A DNA stretch of 64,000 bases from Longimicrobiales bacterium (GTDB lineage: Bacteria > Gemmatimonadota > Gemmatimonadetes > Longimicrobiales > Gaopeijiaceae). This document shows positions 19,271 to 28,767 of the stretch, piece after piece (position 1 is the first letter of the stretch; every line of letters begins with the position of its first letter). The stretch spans positions 992,001 through 1,056,000 of the forward strand of contig OY730414.1 of the NCBI GenBank assembly GCA_963422615.1, given 5' to 3'. Made by a program: the position numbers and the translations under genes. The notes beneath the pieces are model-generated. The model was not told where the DNA came from. It saw only the letters and a list, made by a program, of their open reading frames with translations, and ran no database searches.

Positions 19271-19470
19271 CGTGGATTCCGGCAGAGGGTGGCGATTCGC
19301 TTCCTGGACCCGACCGAGAATCCGACGCGAAGATCCGCCAGTCCCCAGCACTTGGACAGGGTGCGGATCATGATGACATGGGGGAGCTCCAGCAGGGAAT
19401 GGATCGGATCGGCCTGGGCGAGCCGCCACCTCCGATCATGCGAGCGTAGGCGAGCGCAATGTAAGAAGTG
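19267..19470 (-). pseudogene. Fragment of a PLP-dependent (HisC-like) aminotransferase
   Basis: LLELPHVIMIRTLSKCWGLADLRVGFSVG matches the class I/II aminotransferase PLP-lysine motif, but only ~60 codons are present. Confidence 0.55.
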
Positions 19471-19658
19471 GGCACGGGGAAGACCATCTCCCGGTCCGGT
19501 GCTCTTCGCCTTCCCTCCTCGGGGTATGCTCAATGCGGGGCTCCCGAGCCTGGTCTCTCCAGGTTGTGAATGGGGAGCGTCCAAGGGTAAGCTATCCGGC
19601 ACCGCCCATACATTCGGCCCGGCCGGCGTCCTCCACAAAAACCCCCGTGAAGCCCCCA

Positions 19659-19883
19659 ATGCAACCTCCCCGTTCCCACTATTTGCCCCGTACGCGCCGG
19701 GGCTGGATTGCCTCCGTCGCCTTCCTGTTCTCCATGGCTTTGGCGCAGCCTCCGGTCGTTCACGGGCTCATGAACCGAGTTGAGCCCTGGATTCTGGGCA
19801 TGCCCTTCCTCTTTGCCTACCTGCTGGGGGTCTACGTCCTCATGATCGGGGTTTTGGTCTGGACCCTGAGAAAGAACGTCTGA
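19659..19883 (+). CDS. Small membrane partner of the solute symporter (DUF3311-like)
   Basis: 74 aa, two TM helices, NRVEPWILGMPF; stop overlaps the symporter ATG. Confidence 0.7.
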   Translation: MQPPRSHYLPRTRRGWIASVAFLFSMALAQPPVVHGLMNRVEPWILGMPFLFAYLLGVYVLMIGVLVWTLRKNV

Positions 19884-21385
19884 TGGATCCCTGGGTCATC
19901 TCCACCGGTCTCATCGGACTCTACCTGGTTGTCACCATCTTCATCGGGATTCAGGCCAACAAGAAGATGACGATGAGCCTGGAGGATTTCCTCCTCTGCG
20001 GTCGCCAAGCGGGGTTCATCGTCCTCTACCTGACGGTGGTCGCCACCTTCCACTCCGCCTTCGCGTTTCTCGGCTCCGGGGGGTTCTTCTACACCCACGG
20101 GATCGGGTTTTGGGCTGCGGGAACCTGGACGATTCTCGTGGGCGCGGTGACCTACTTTCTGGGCACGCGGATCTGGGCCTTGGGCAAGAAGTTCGGATAC
20201 GTCACTCCGGCGGACATGCTTGCGGACTTCTACGAGAGCGAAGCCGTGCGGATTTCGGTCGCCTTCGTGTCGGTTCTCTTTACGATTCTCTACATCCAGG
20301 CTCAAGCCCAGGGTCTGGGATACATCATTTCGGTGGCGACGGGAGATAGAATCCCCTTCGAAGTGGCCACGCTTGTACTCCTGGTCGTGGCGGCCGGCTA
20401 CCTCATGGCGGGGGGCCTCAGGGCCGTATACTGGACCGACGTGATCCAGGGAATCTGGATGTACGTGGCCGTCTGGGTCGGGGCTCTCGTGCTTACCTAC
20501 AAGCTCTTCGGAGGACCCGTGGCCCTGTGGCGGCGCGTCGTCGCCGAGCGGCCCGACCTGTTGAGTCTCCCCGGACCGGAAGGCTACTTCACGCCCGGCA
20601 TGTGGTTTGGAATGACCATCGTGTTGTCCTTCGGGATCATTTTCCAGCCTCACATGATGATCCGCTACTACACCGCTGCTTCCGCCCGGACCCTCAAGCT
20701 GCTGGGGGCGACTACCCCCATCTACCTCATGACCCTGTTCATTCCTGCCGCGCTGGTGGGGCTGGGCGGGGCCCTCATCCTTCCGGATCTGGCAAATGCG
20801 GACCGGGTCTTCCCGGAGCTCCTGTTCCGATACGCGTCCCCGTGGCTAACCGGGCTCATTCTGGCCGGCGCCACCGCGGCGGTCATGTCCACCTTGGACT
20901 CGATTCTTCACGCGAACATGACCGTCCTTACCCGGGACGTGTATCAACGCTACTGGGCCCGGAATCGTAGCCAGGCCCACTACGTCGCCTTCGGCCGCGG
21001 GATCGTCGTCGTACTTCTGGGAGTCGGCTACGTCCTCTCCGTGTACAACCTGGACTTCCTGGTGGAGCTGGTTGCCCTCTCGGCGGCGGGGACGTTGCAG
21101 CTCATGCCCGCGGTCCTGGGCGTCTGCTTCCCGAAGCGCAGACTCACCACGAAGGCGGGTGTGATCGCTGGCGTCGCCGTTGGGCTGGGGACCCTCTTCT
21201 GCCTGAACCAATTCGGCCCTCCCCAGCCCCTCGGGGTTCACGAGGCGGTCTGGTCTCTGGCCGCGAACTTCGTCGTTGCCGCCACCGTGTCTCGGGTTTC
21301 CCGGCCTCCTTCCCGGGAGACGGTGACACGCATTCACGGGGAAGTGGAACGGTTCGTGTACGGGCCGAAGCAGGAGGTCGACTGA
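19883..21385 (+). CDS. Sodium:solute symporter family protein
   Basis: ~13 TM helices, GGLRAVYWTD, AAVMSTLDS. Confidence 0.92.
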   Translation: MDPWVISTGLIGLYLVVTIFIGIQANKKMTMSLEDFLLCGRQAGFIVLYLTVVATFHSAFAFLGSGGFFYTHGIGFWAAGTWTILVGAVTYFLGTRIWALGKKFGYVTPADMLADFYESEAVRISVAFVSVLFTILYIQAQAQGLGYIISVATGDRIPFEVATLVLLVVAAGYLMAGGLRAVYWTDVIQGIWMYVAVWVGALVLTYKLFGGPVALWRRVVAERPDLLSLPGPEGYFTPGMWFGMTIVLSFGIIFQPHMMIRYYTAASARTLKLLGATTPIYLMTLFIPAALVGLGGALILPDLANADRVFPELLFRYASPWLTGLILAGATAAVMSTLDSILHANMTVLTRDVYQRYWARNRSQAHYVAFGRGIVVVLLGVGYVLSVYNLDFLVELVALSAAGTLQLMPAVLGVCFPKRRLTTKAGVIAGVAVGLGTLFCLNQFGPPQPLGVHEAVWSLAANFVVAATVSRVSRPPSRETVTRIHGEVERFVYGPKQEVD

Positions 21386-21404
21386 CCTGGCGGGACCGCG
21401 TCGA

Positions 21405-21540
21405 TCGTCACCCTGAACCAGCCCCGCCGCCGGATTCAAGTCCCTCCGAGCCCGTTCTCTTTTCCTTCGTGCTGTACGGGATCGCCGGCGCCTCGGTGGC
21501 CACGATGCTGAATCGGGGAGAGGTGGCCGAAGACTGGTCG
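21405..21540 (+). pseudogene. Deleted remnant paralog of the downstream membrane-protein gene
   Basis: 21418-21440 matches 21838-21860 at 22/23 nt; VLYGIAGASVATMLNRG resembles VMYGIAGAVVTMAVNRG. Confidence 0.6.
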
Positions 21541-21647
21541 GCCACGGGGAACAGCGGGGCCCTTGCGAACTGCGTTTCGGTTCCCCACGTTGGCCCTGCT
21601 CTACCTTATCCATCCTCACTTTACTCCATCCATAGGAGGAGCTGCAA

Positions 21648-22040
21648 GTGGACATGAAGAAAATGGGTATCGGCGCTGTTGCGGGCGGCCTCACGCTGTT
21701 CGTCCTCGGCTGGGTCATCTACGGCATGGTGATTCAGCCCGAAGGCATGGCCGCGGAGCCGAACTACTTGATGATGGGCCTGAGTATGCTCTTCTCGGGT
21801 GCATTGATCACCCTTGTTCTGGGCTGGAGTGGGGCGTCCAGCCCCGCCGACGGATTCAAGGCGGCCGCCTTGTTCGGAATTCTCCTGAACCTCGCAATGG
21901 GCTTCTCGATGATGGGCTCAATGGAAATGGCTCCGGCCATGTCCGAGGTGCTCCGGGACACCGTGGTTGGGGGTCTGGTCATGTATGGCATCGCCGGTGC
22001 CGTGGTGACGATGGCGGTCAACCGAGGAAGCGGCGATTGA
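21648..22040 (+). CDS. Hypothetical 4-TM membrane protein
   Basis: AGGAGG RBS, four hydrophobic helices. Confidence 0.75.
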   Translation: MDMKKMGIGAVAGGLTLFVLGWVIYGMVIQPEGMAAEPNYLMMGLSMLFSGALITLVLGWSGASSPADGFKAAALFGILLNLAMGFSMMGSMEMAPAMSEVLRDTVVGGLVMYGIAGAVVTMAVNRGSGD

Positions 22041-22103
22041 TTTCCAAGCCTAGGCATCGGTCGTTGGCAAGGGGCGAAGCGGCGGCGTCCTGAACAACGC
22101 CAC

Positions 22104-22152
22104 GCGACCCCGGGGTGTCTTGCTCTGCCCCCGGGGTCGCCCCGATTTTTTT
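22104..22152 (+). terminator. Rho-independent terminator-like hairpin
   Basis: GCGACCCCGGGG...CCCCGGGGTCGC followed by a T-run. Confidence 0.6.
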
Positions 22153-22223
22153 GGGCTCTTACGAGTCGGTCTCTTCACCGGAGGGAGTGTTCCGGCCGCT
22201 TCCTTGTGCGACACGGCCGACTC

Positions 22224-23201
22224 TCATTGGTCGAAGCGTTTGTCGATGTCGTAGCTCGTTGATTCCCGTCCGGACGGTTGCCCCCGGTCATCGAAGGCGA
22301 TGTCGATCCGTCCCAGGCGCATTCCGCCCCAACCCGTTTGGTTCACCAGCGTGAGCCCGTTCTGTCCCTGATCAAACACCTCGGCTTGATCCAGGAACGT
22401 GTGAGTGTGGCCCCCCAGGATCAGGTCGATCTCGGGCACCGCGACGGCGAGGCTGCGGTCGCTGGGGCGATTCGGATCGCGGTACCGGTACCCCAGGTGG
22501 GAAAGACAGATCACCAACGCACATCCGGCGGCTCGTAGCTCTTGGGCGGTGGTCCGGGCGGCGACGACGGGGTCCCGGTATTCCACTCCTTCGTGCAACC
22601 GGGCCAGCACCAGTCCCTGGAACGCGATCCCCAAGCCCAAGATGCCCACCTTCACTCCCCCGAACTCCCGCACAACGTACGGTTTGACGCGCCCCTCCAG
22701 GGCCGAACCGCTCACATCGTAGTTGGCCGACACGATATCGAAGTCTGCTTGGGGCAACATGGCGACCAAGCCCTCCACCCCGTTGTCGAAGTCGTGGTTG
22801 CCCAGCGTTGCCGCGTCATAGCCCATGGCGGTCATGACCCGGAATTCCAGCTCCCCACCAAAGAAGTTGAAGTAGGGCGTGCCCTGGAAGATGTCTCCCG
22901 AATCCAGGAGGAGGACGTTGTCGTTGGCTTCTCGAATGTGGCGAATCACGGTGGCGCGGCGGGCCGCTCCCCCCAGACCTGCGAAGGGGCCGCCGTCTTC
23001 GGGGAAGGGGTCCATGCGGGAGTGGGTGTCGTTGGTGTGCAGCACGACCAGGGAAACCGCGCCTCGAACCCGGGGCCCCAAGTCGGGCGGGGGGGCCGTG
23101 ATGCGCGGCTTCCCCATGGCCAGGGCCGCCATTTCCTCGGCCTGCGACAGTCCGAAAACGCCGCCGGCGCTCAAGGCGCGCACGAAGCCGCGGCGGTTCA
23201 C
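22224..23201 (-). CDS. 5'-nucleotidase N-terminal metallophosphoesterase domain protein, Tat-exported
   Basis: NRRGFV Tat motif, HTNDTHS, DSGD, LGNHDFD, GGHTH. Confidence 0.88.
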   Translation of the reverse strand: MNRRGFVRALSAGGVFGLSQAEEMAALAMGKPRITAPPPDLGPRVRGAVSLVVLHTNDTHSRMDPFPEDGGPFAGLGGAARRATVIRHIREANDNVLLLDSGDIFQGTPYFNFFGGELEFRVMTAMGYDAATLGNHDFDNGVEGLVAMLPQADFDIVSANYDVSGSALEGRVKPYVVREFGGVKVGILGLGIAFQGLVLARLHEGVEYRDPVVAARTTAQELRAAGCALVICLSHLGYRYRDPNRPSDRSLAVAVPEIDLILGGHTHTFLDQAEVFDQGQNGLTLVNQTGWGGMRLGRIDIAFDDRGQPSGRESTSYDIDKRFDQ

Positions 23202-23989
23202 TGCGCGTCTCCTTCGGCCCCGCCCCCGCCAGTTCTGCGGATGCGTCCATCCAGGGTCGGGGTCCACACATCCTGTCTCCTGAGGTACCGGACGAACACG
23301 TCCCGGATCAGGATCCTCAGGTCCTCCCGGGGGGCCTCCCCCGGCTCCCAGAGAACGCTCCAGGTCCCGCCACCGTCAACCAGGTAGTCCACCGTGGCCA
23401 GGCGGTAGGTGCGAACCGGGTCAATGGGCTCCCCGCCGACCCGGACGTTCGTGGCGTCGGCTCCATCCAGCACCAGGGTCCACCCCGCGATGGGCTCTCC
23501 GCCGCTCCGGGCGATCTCGTCCGCCAGCCGCTCCAGCTGCACGCCCGAAAGGGAGAGCACCGTGACGAAGTTCTCGAATGGCAGGAGCTCGTAGGCGTGC
23601 CGCATGAGGATCGGCCCCGACGCGACGGGAACCCTGAGGCCCCCGTCATTGAGAAGGGCGACGTGTACAGTGTCGCTGGCCAACTCCTGAACGACATGGA
23701 AAAGGGCGTCGGCGACGAGGTTGTCCAGCGTCCCTTCCGGGTCGGCCTTGACAAAGGTTCCCGTAGCTCTACCCAGAACCTGTACCATTCGATCTTCCAT
23801 CCTGGATCGGTAGGGGGCAATGAGCGCCTGAATGTCTTCGTCGGGAGTGATGGTGTCGCCGATGGCGGTAAAATCGTTTCCGGCGTCGTGGATCGTAAAG
23901 CGGAACGGGGGCGGGTCCGGCGGCGGGGCCGACTGGACAGCGATGCAGCCCGTCACGAAGAGCAGGGCACCAAACGTCCCGTAGCGCAT
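23198..23989 (-). CDS. 5'-nucleotidase C-terminal domain lipoprotein
   Basis: MRYGTFGALLFVTGC lipobox, NLVADA, NDGGLR, LLPFEN, YRLATVDYL. Confidence 0.82.
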   Translation of the reverse strand: MRYGTFGALLFVTGCIAVQSAPPPDPPPFRFTIHDAGNDFTAIGDTITPDEDIQALIAPYRSRMEDRMVQVLGRATGTFVKADPEGTLDNLVADALFHVVQELASDTVHVALLNDGGLRVPVASGPILMRHAYELLPFENFVTVLSLSGVQLERLADEIARSGGEPIAGWTLVLDGADATNVRVGGEPIDPVRTYRLATVDYLVDGGGTWSVLWEPGEAPREDLRILIRDVFVRYLRRQDVWTPTLDGRIRRTGGGGAEGDAQ

Positions 23990-24099
23990 GGGTCCGAATT
24001 CCTTGGACGAGGAGCGGAAGGGGGAGTGAAAGTGGCGAAGCATCCTTTATCGTCTTCGAAACGGGGCCGGTTCGCAACGCTCTCGGGGAGACGGACGGG

Positions 24100-24390
24100 T
24101 CATTTCCCGGGCGGTCCGACGGTCCCTTTTCGAGCGCTGTCGATTTCCGCGACTTCTCCTTCGCCAAAGAGAACCGCCCTGATCTGGGCATACAGGAAAT
24201 TTCGGGCGTCCGGGTCCCTAGGGTTGAGCCCGAAATGGTTCATCAGAAGGGTCTGGTGTTGGACCCAGTCGCGCCAGCAGGGAGCGCAGATTTCCCGCTG
24301 AATCCGCTTCCCCAGCTCCGACTTGAAGGGTCGGCGCTCCAGGGCAGGGCTCGGCGCTTCGGGGTGCCTTCGGCAGATCACTCGGTTCAC
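24100..24390 (-). CDS. yggX: Fe(II)-trafficking/oxidative damage protection protein (YggX family)
   Basis: LGKRIQREICAPCWRDWVQHQTLLMNHFGLNP. Confidence 0.8.
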   Translation of the reverse strand: MNRVICRRHPEAPSPALERRPFKSELGKRIQREICAPCWRDWVQHQTLLMNHFGLNPRDPDARNFLYAQIRAVLFGEGEVAEIDSARKGTVGPPGK

Positions 24391-24587
24391 TTTGTGGACT
24401 CCTTGTGTCCGGGGTAACCAAATCTACAGCAGATGAGCAGATCCGAACCCTAGATTGAACCCCAGGCCCTTGCCCAACTGGATTCCCTTCCATCAATTCG
24501 GATGGCGTGTCCCCGGCCTGGCAGGCATGCGGTTTCGAGGGGGACCCGACCGGTTTGAGGATACGGTTCGTTCAAGGAGGAGTGTCG

Positions 24588-25022
24588 ATGTCGTCGCTGC
24601 GGGTACCGGATGCCGACGGTGCAAGGATGAGCGTCCCGCTGCTCTCCAAGGAGCAGTTGGCTCATCTGGAAACGAGGCTGCTGGAAGAGCGAAGAAAGGC
24701 CCTTCGGAGCTTAGGGGTCTTCAGCGAGGCTGCCAGGAACGACCGGTCTTCCGGGGATTCGGACTTGGTCGCGTACACCGACCACATGGCCGATCAGGGG
24801 ACGGAGGCCATGGAGCGGGAAAAGGCTGCGCTTTTCGCCACAAAGGAAGGCCGGTACCTGCATCGCATCGAGGACGCCCTCCACCGGTTGTACAACGACC
24901 CGGACAACTTTGGTCGCTGTCATGCGACGGGAAAGCCCATCGGGTTTCTGCGCCTCGATGCCCTCCCCCACGCCCGCTACTGCATCGAGTACAAGCTGGA
25001 GCTGGAGGCGGGCAGCGACTGA
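24588..25022 (+). CDS. TraR/DksA-family transcription factor (two-Cys variant)
   Basis: HMADQGTEAMERE coiled-coil tip; IEDALHRL...FGRCHATGKPI..RLDALPHARYCIE. Confidence 0.82.
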   Translation: MSSLRVPDADGARMSVPLLSKEQLAHLETRLLEERRKALRSLGVFSEAARNDRSSGDSDLVAYTDHMADQGTEAMEREKAALFATKEGRYLHRIEDALHRLYNDPDNFGRCHATGKPIGFLRLDALPHARYCIEYKLELEAGSD

Positions 25023-25113
25023 CCGCCGCGGCCTGACGACAACCCCCGGGGGGGCGTCCTCCTCCCACCGGCGGGCCCGCGTACTTGATGATCTGGCCAG
25101 TGGTGAGATGCCT

Positions 25114-26247
25114 TCACAGCGCCTTCAGCAACCTCTCGCCCAGGACCTGAGCCTGCCAACGGCGAACGCCGGGTATGGCCTTCAGGGCGGTCAAGCTGGC
25201 GGGTTTCGCGTCAACGACCTTCCGAAGAACATGGTTCGCCATCACCCGGCCCCGCTCTAGCCCCAATTTCTCCGCCACCTTGTTGCGGGCCACCTTGAGC
25301 CGTTCGAAAGCCGCTTCTTCTATAGGGGCCGGCCGACTGCCCCGCCACCGAGACAAGGAATCGGGCAACAGGTTGCCGAGGGGCTTCGGGTCCGACTGTT
25401 TCATCACGGCCAGCAGAGATTGACCCTCTGTCCGGGCGAGGCGCCTTGGAAAGCCCTTCACCTGGGCAAGCCCGGGGACGGCCGCCGGCCGGGCGAGAAC
25501 GACCGCGAGTAGCGTCCTGTCGGACACCACTCGGAAAGGCGCGAGATCCCGGGACCGGGCGATCCGATCTCTCCATTCCAGGGCCTTCCGGAGGGCGGTA
25601 GCATCCCGTGGGTTCAGGCTTCGGGCTCCCTTCAACCGAGTCAGGGGGTCCGGATTCCGGATTGGCGCCGGTTCCGCCGAAGTCTCCACGAGCCACTGAT
25701 ACTCCTCCTCCGCCCAATCGGCCCGGCCCCGGCGCTGCAGCTCGTCCTCGAGCCGGGCCGCGAGCCCGAGGAGGTGACGGGTATCGTCAGCAGCGTACTC
25801 GATCATCTGCCGGGGAAGAGGTCGCTTGGCCCAGTCGGCCCGCTGGAACTTCTTCGAGACCCGAACGCCCAGGTGCCGTTCCAGTAGGGCCTGGAGGCTG
25901 ACGGCGGACTCTCCCAGGAGGCTGGCCGCTACCTGCGTGTCGGCCAAGTTGGTGACCGCGATGTCCAAGTCCCGGCGCAGGAGCCGGAGATCGTACGCGG
26001 CCCCGTGCATGGTTACGCGTCGGTTCGGATCTTCGAGAAAAGACTTGAGGCAGGGAGTGAGATCGACGGCCAAGGGGTCGAGGACGAAGGTTTCGTCTAC
26101 CGTGGAAAGCTGAACCAAGCACAGACGATCGGTGTACCGGTGGAAGCCGGCCGCTTCGCAGTCAACGGCTACCGTGCCCGCCCGGGTCAGTTCCTCCTTG
26201 AAGGTACAGACACCGGTATGGTTTTGTACGTACGTTACGGCAGGCAT
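25114..26247 (-). CDS. rnd: Ribonuclease D
   Basis: VDCEA, LCLVQL, HGAAYD, DTQVAA, DWAKRPL, YAADD, HRDC domains. Confidence 0.88.
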   Translation of the reverse strand: MPAVTYVQNHTGVCTFKEELTRAGTVAVDCEAAGFHRYTDRLCLVQLSTVDETFVLDPLAVDLTPCLKSFLEDPNRRVTMHGAAYDLRLLRRDLDIAVTNLADTQVAASLLGESAVSLQALLERHLGVRVSKKFQRADWAKRPLPRQMIEYAADDTRHLLGLAARLEDELQRRGRADWAEEEYQWLVETSAEPAPIRNPDPLTRLKGARSLNPRDATALRKALEWRDRIARSRDLAPFRVVSDRTLLAVVLARPAAVPGLAQVKGFPRRLARTEGQSLLAVMKQSDPKPLGNLLPDSLSRWRGSRPAPIEEAAFERLKVARNKVAEKLGLERGRVMANHVLRKVVDAKPASLTALKAIPGVRRWQAQVLGERLLKAL

Positions 26248-26402
26248 GAGTCGTTTTCGGATTCTTTGTCTACGAGGCCGATGCCGTTTCGGTGCCGACG
26301 AATGTGATTTGCGTCCGAAAGCTAACGTAGTTTCCCACGTCCCGTCGGGATGTCCAAGCCCGCGTGGCCCCCCTCATCGCCCACTGGAAACCCATCCGTA
26401 CC

Positions 26403-27821
26403 GTGATTAGAACCAAGATCATCGCCACGATCGGTCCCGCCAGCTCCCCGTCGGAGATCGTGGCAGGCCTCGTACAAGCCGGCATGGACATCGCGCGGAT
26501 CAACATGTCCCACGGCAGCCATGGGGACCACGAACGCAGCGTTCGACGAGTCCGGGAGGCCGCCGTTGCGGCGGGCCGCCCGGTGGCGATCATGGTGGAT
26601 CTGCAAGGCCCCAAGATCCGCATCGGGTACCTTCCGGAGCCGATCCTGCTGCAAGACGGGTCCAAGGTCACCATCGCTCCCGAGGGCCAGCACCGGCCGG
26701 GAGAGCTTCCGACCACCTACGGGAAGCTGGCGCGGGAGGTGGATCCCGGGGCGTTGCTTCGCCTGGACGACGGGCTCCTTGAACTGGTATGCGTCAATAC
26801 CGACGGCCTGCGGGCGGAGTTCGAGGTCTTTCGGGGAGGAATTCTCAAGTCCCGAAAGGGAATCAACCTGCCCGGCGTCGACGTGAACACGCCCTCGGTC
26901 ACGGCCCAGGACCGACGGGACGTCGCTTTTGCCCTGGAGATGGACGTGGAGTACGTGGGCCTTTCCTTCGTACAGGGCGCCAGCGACATCCAGGCTCTGA
27001 GAGACCTCGTCAAGGACCGGGCGTGGCTTGTGGCCAAGATCGAAAAGGCCGGGGCTCTGGATGACCTTGACGAAATCCTGGCAAGAAGTGACGCGGTGAT
27101 GGTTGCCCGGGGCGACCTGGGGGTCGAACTGCCGTTCGCCAAGGTTCCCATGGTCCAGAAGCACCTGATTCAGACGGCGAATGGATATGGGCGTCCGGTC
27201 ATCACGGCGACCCAAATGCTCGAGTCCATGACCGAATATCCCGGGCCCACGCGGGCAGAGGTGTCGGATGTGGCCAACGCCATTCTGGACGGGACCGATG
27301 CCCTCATGCTCTCCGGCGAAACCGCCGTGGGAAAGTATCCCGTCGAAACGGTGAGGGTCATGGTCCGCATTGCCTCGGAGATCGAGAAGAGCGGCGCGCT
27401 GAAAAAGGGTCCCCACTACCTCGCTGAAATCGGCCCCATCCGTCGCAGGGGTGCTTCGCCTCGGGAACATGCGGTCGCCTCGGCTTCTGTCCAGTCCGCC
27501 GTGTCCTTGAATGCGCCGGCGATCATTGTGATCACCCGAAGCGGATTTTCCGCCCGCTTGGTTTCATCGTACCGTCCCCCGACCCCTATCTTTGCCGTCT
27601 GCACCGACACCAAGGTCCACCACCAGTTGTGCGGGGTGTGGGGGGTCAGACCCGTTCTGGCCGAAGGTGTGGAAATCACGTATCAGAACCTGACCCGCTT
27701 CGGCATGCGTGTGGTCATCGACTCGGGGGTGGGTCGTATGGGCGATCCCGTGGTGGTAACTTCTGGGTTGCCGTTTCACAGACCGGGCTCGACGAATACC
27801 ATGAGAGTGGAAAAACTCTGA
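26403..27821 (+). CDS. pyk: Pyruvate kinase
   Basis: RTKIIATIGPAS, DLQGPKIR, VMVARGDLGVE, TATQMLESM, MLSGETA. Confidence 0.96.
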   Translation: MIRTKIIATIGPASSPSEIVAGLVQAGMDIARINMSHGSHGDHERSVRRVREAAVAAGRPVAIMVDLQGPKIRIGYLPEPILLQDGSKVTIAPEGQHRPGELPTTYGKLAREVDPGALLRLDDGLLELVCVNTDGLRAEFEVFRGGILKSRKGINLPGVDVNTPSVTAQDRRDVAFALEMDVEYVGLSFVQGASDIQALRDLVKDRAWLVAKIEKAGALDDLDEILARSDAVMVARGDLGVELPFAKVPMVQKHLIQTANGYGRPVITATQMLESMTEYPGPTRAEVSDVANAILDGTDALMLSGETAVGKYPVETVRVMVRIASEIEKSGALKKGPHYLAEIGPIRRRGASPREHAVASASVQSAVSLNAPAIIVITRSGFSARLVSSYRPPTPIFAVCTDTKVHHQLCGVWGVRPVLAEGVEITYQNLTRFGMRVVIDSGVGRMGDPVVVTSGLPFHRPGSTNTMRVEKL

Positions 27822-27982
27822 CGCTCGAGACGTTCGCGCAGAGTGGTGGCTCCTGGGCCCCATGACCGGAACGGGTGAATCCGGCGGGAGCCCGTCGGGA
27901 TGCGCCCCGGTGGTACGGAATCGATGAGACGCGCTCCGTGGGTCCGTCCCAAATCCGTCCCTAGGGCTGGGAGAGACTGACA

Positions 27983-28756
27983 TTGCGATTGACCTTTCTG
28001 GGGACAGGAACATCCAACGGGGTTCCGGTGATCGGTTGTGATTGCGCTACCTGCACATCCGACGACCCCAGGGACTGGCGGACCCGCCACGGGGCCCTGT
28101 TGAGCATGGAGGGCGGGAACCTGCTCATCGATACGCCACCGGAGCTGCGACTTCAGCTCCTGGCTTCGGCGGTTGATCGGGTGGACGCGGTCTGGTACAC
28201 CCACCTCCACGCCGACCACGTCCACGGCATCGACGATGTTCGGGGTTTTTCGAACCGGGGCCGTCCCGTACCGGCCTATCTTCCCCGGGAGCTGAAGAAA
28301 CAGATGACTACGCGCTTCTCCTACATCTTCGGGGATGGCACCGAAAATGCGCGCGAAACGCCCGCCCGCTTGGCGCTCAAGACCTATTCGGAAGGGGAGG
28401 CCGTGGAAGTGCTCGGTACTGGGGTGACTCCGTTTCGAGTTCCTCACGGCCCCTCCGACGCCTTCGGCTTTCGGATTGGCAGCCTGGGGTACGTGACCGA
28501 CGCCAAGAGTCTGCCGAAAGCCGCGCGGGAAGTCCTTGCTGGCGTAACGGTGCTCGTGCTAAACGCACTTTGGTGGCGGGCTTCCCACCCGACCCACTTC
28601 AACGTGGAAGAAGCCGTAGAAGTCGCGCAGGAGATTGGCGCCGAACGCACCTACCTCACCCATCTGACCCACCGCCTCAGGTACATCGAGTTGGCGGCGT
28701 CCCTTCCGGAGAACATCGAGCCGGCCTTCGACGGCCTCACCGTAGAGCTTGGCTGA
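27983..28756 (+). CDS. Metallo-beta-lactamase-fold hydrolase (PhnP-like)
   Basis: LGTGTSNGVP, CDCATC, THLHADHVHG. Confidence 0.88.
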   Translation: MRLTFLGTGTSNGVPVIGCDCATCTSDDPRDWRTRHGALLSMEGGNLLIDTPPELRLQLLASAVDRVDAVWYTHLHADHVHGIDDVRGFSNRGRPVPAYLPRELKKQMTTRFSYIFGDGTENARETPARLALKTYSEGEAVEVLGTGVTPFRVPHGPSDAFGFRIGSLGYVTDAKSLPKAAREVLAGVTVLVLNALWWRASHPTHFNVEEAVEVAQEIGAERTYLTHLTHRLRYIELAASLPENIEPAFDGLTVELG

Positions 28757-28767
28757 CCCTTGAGGCC

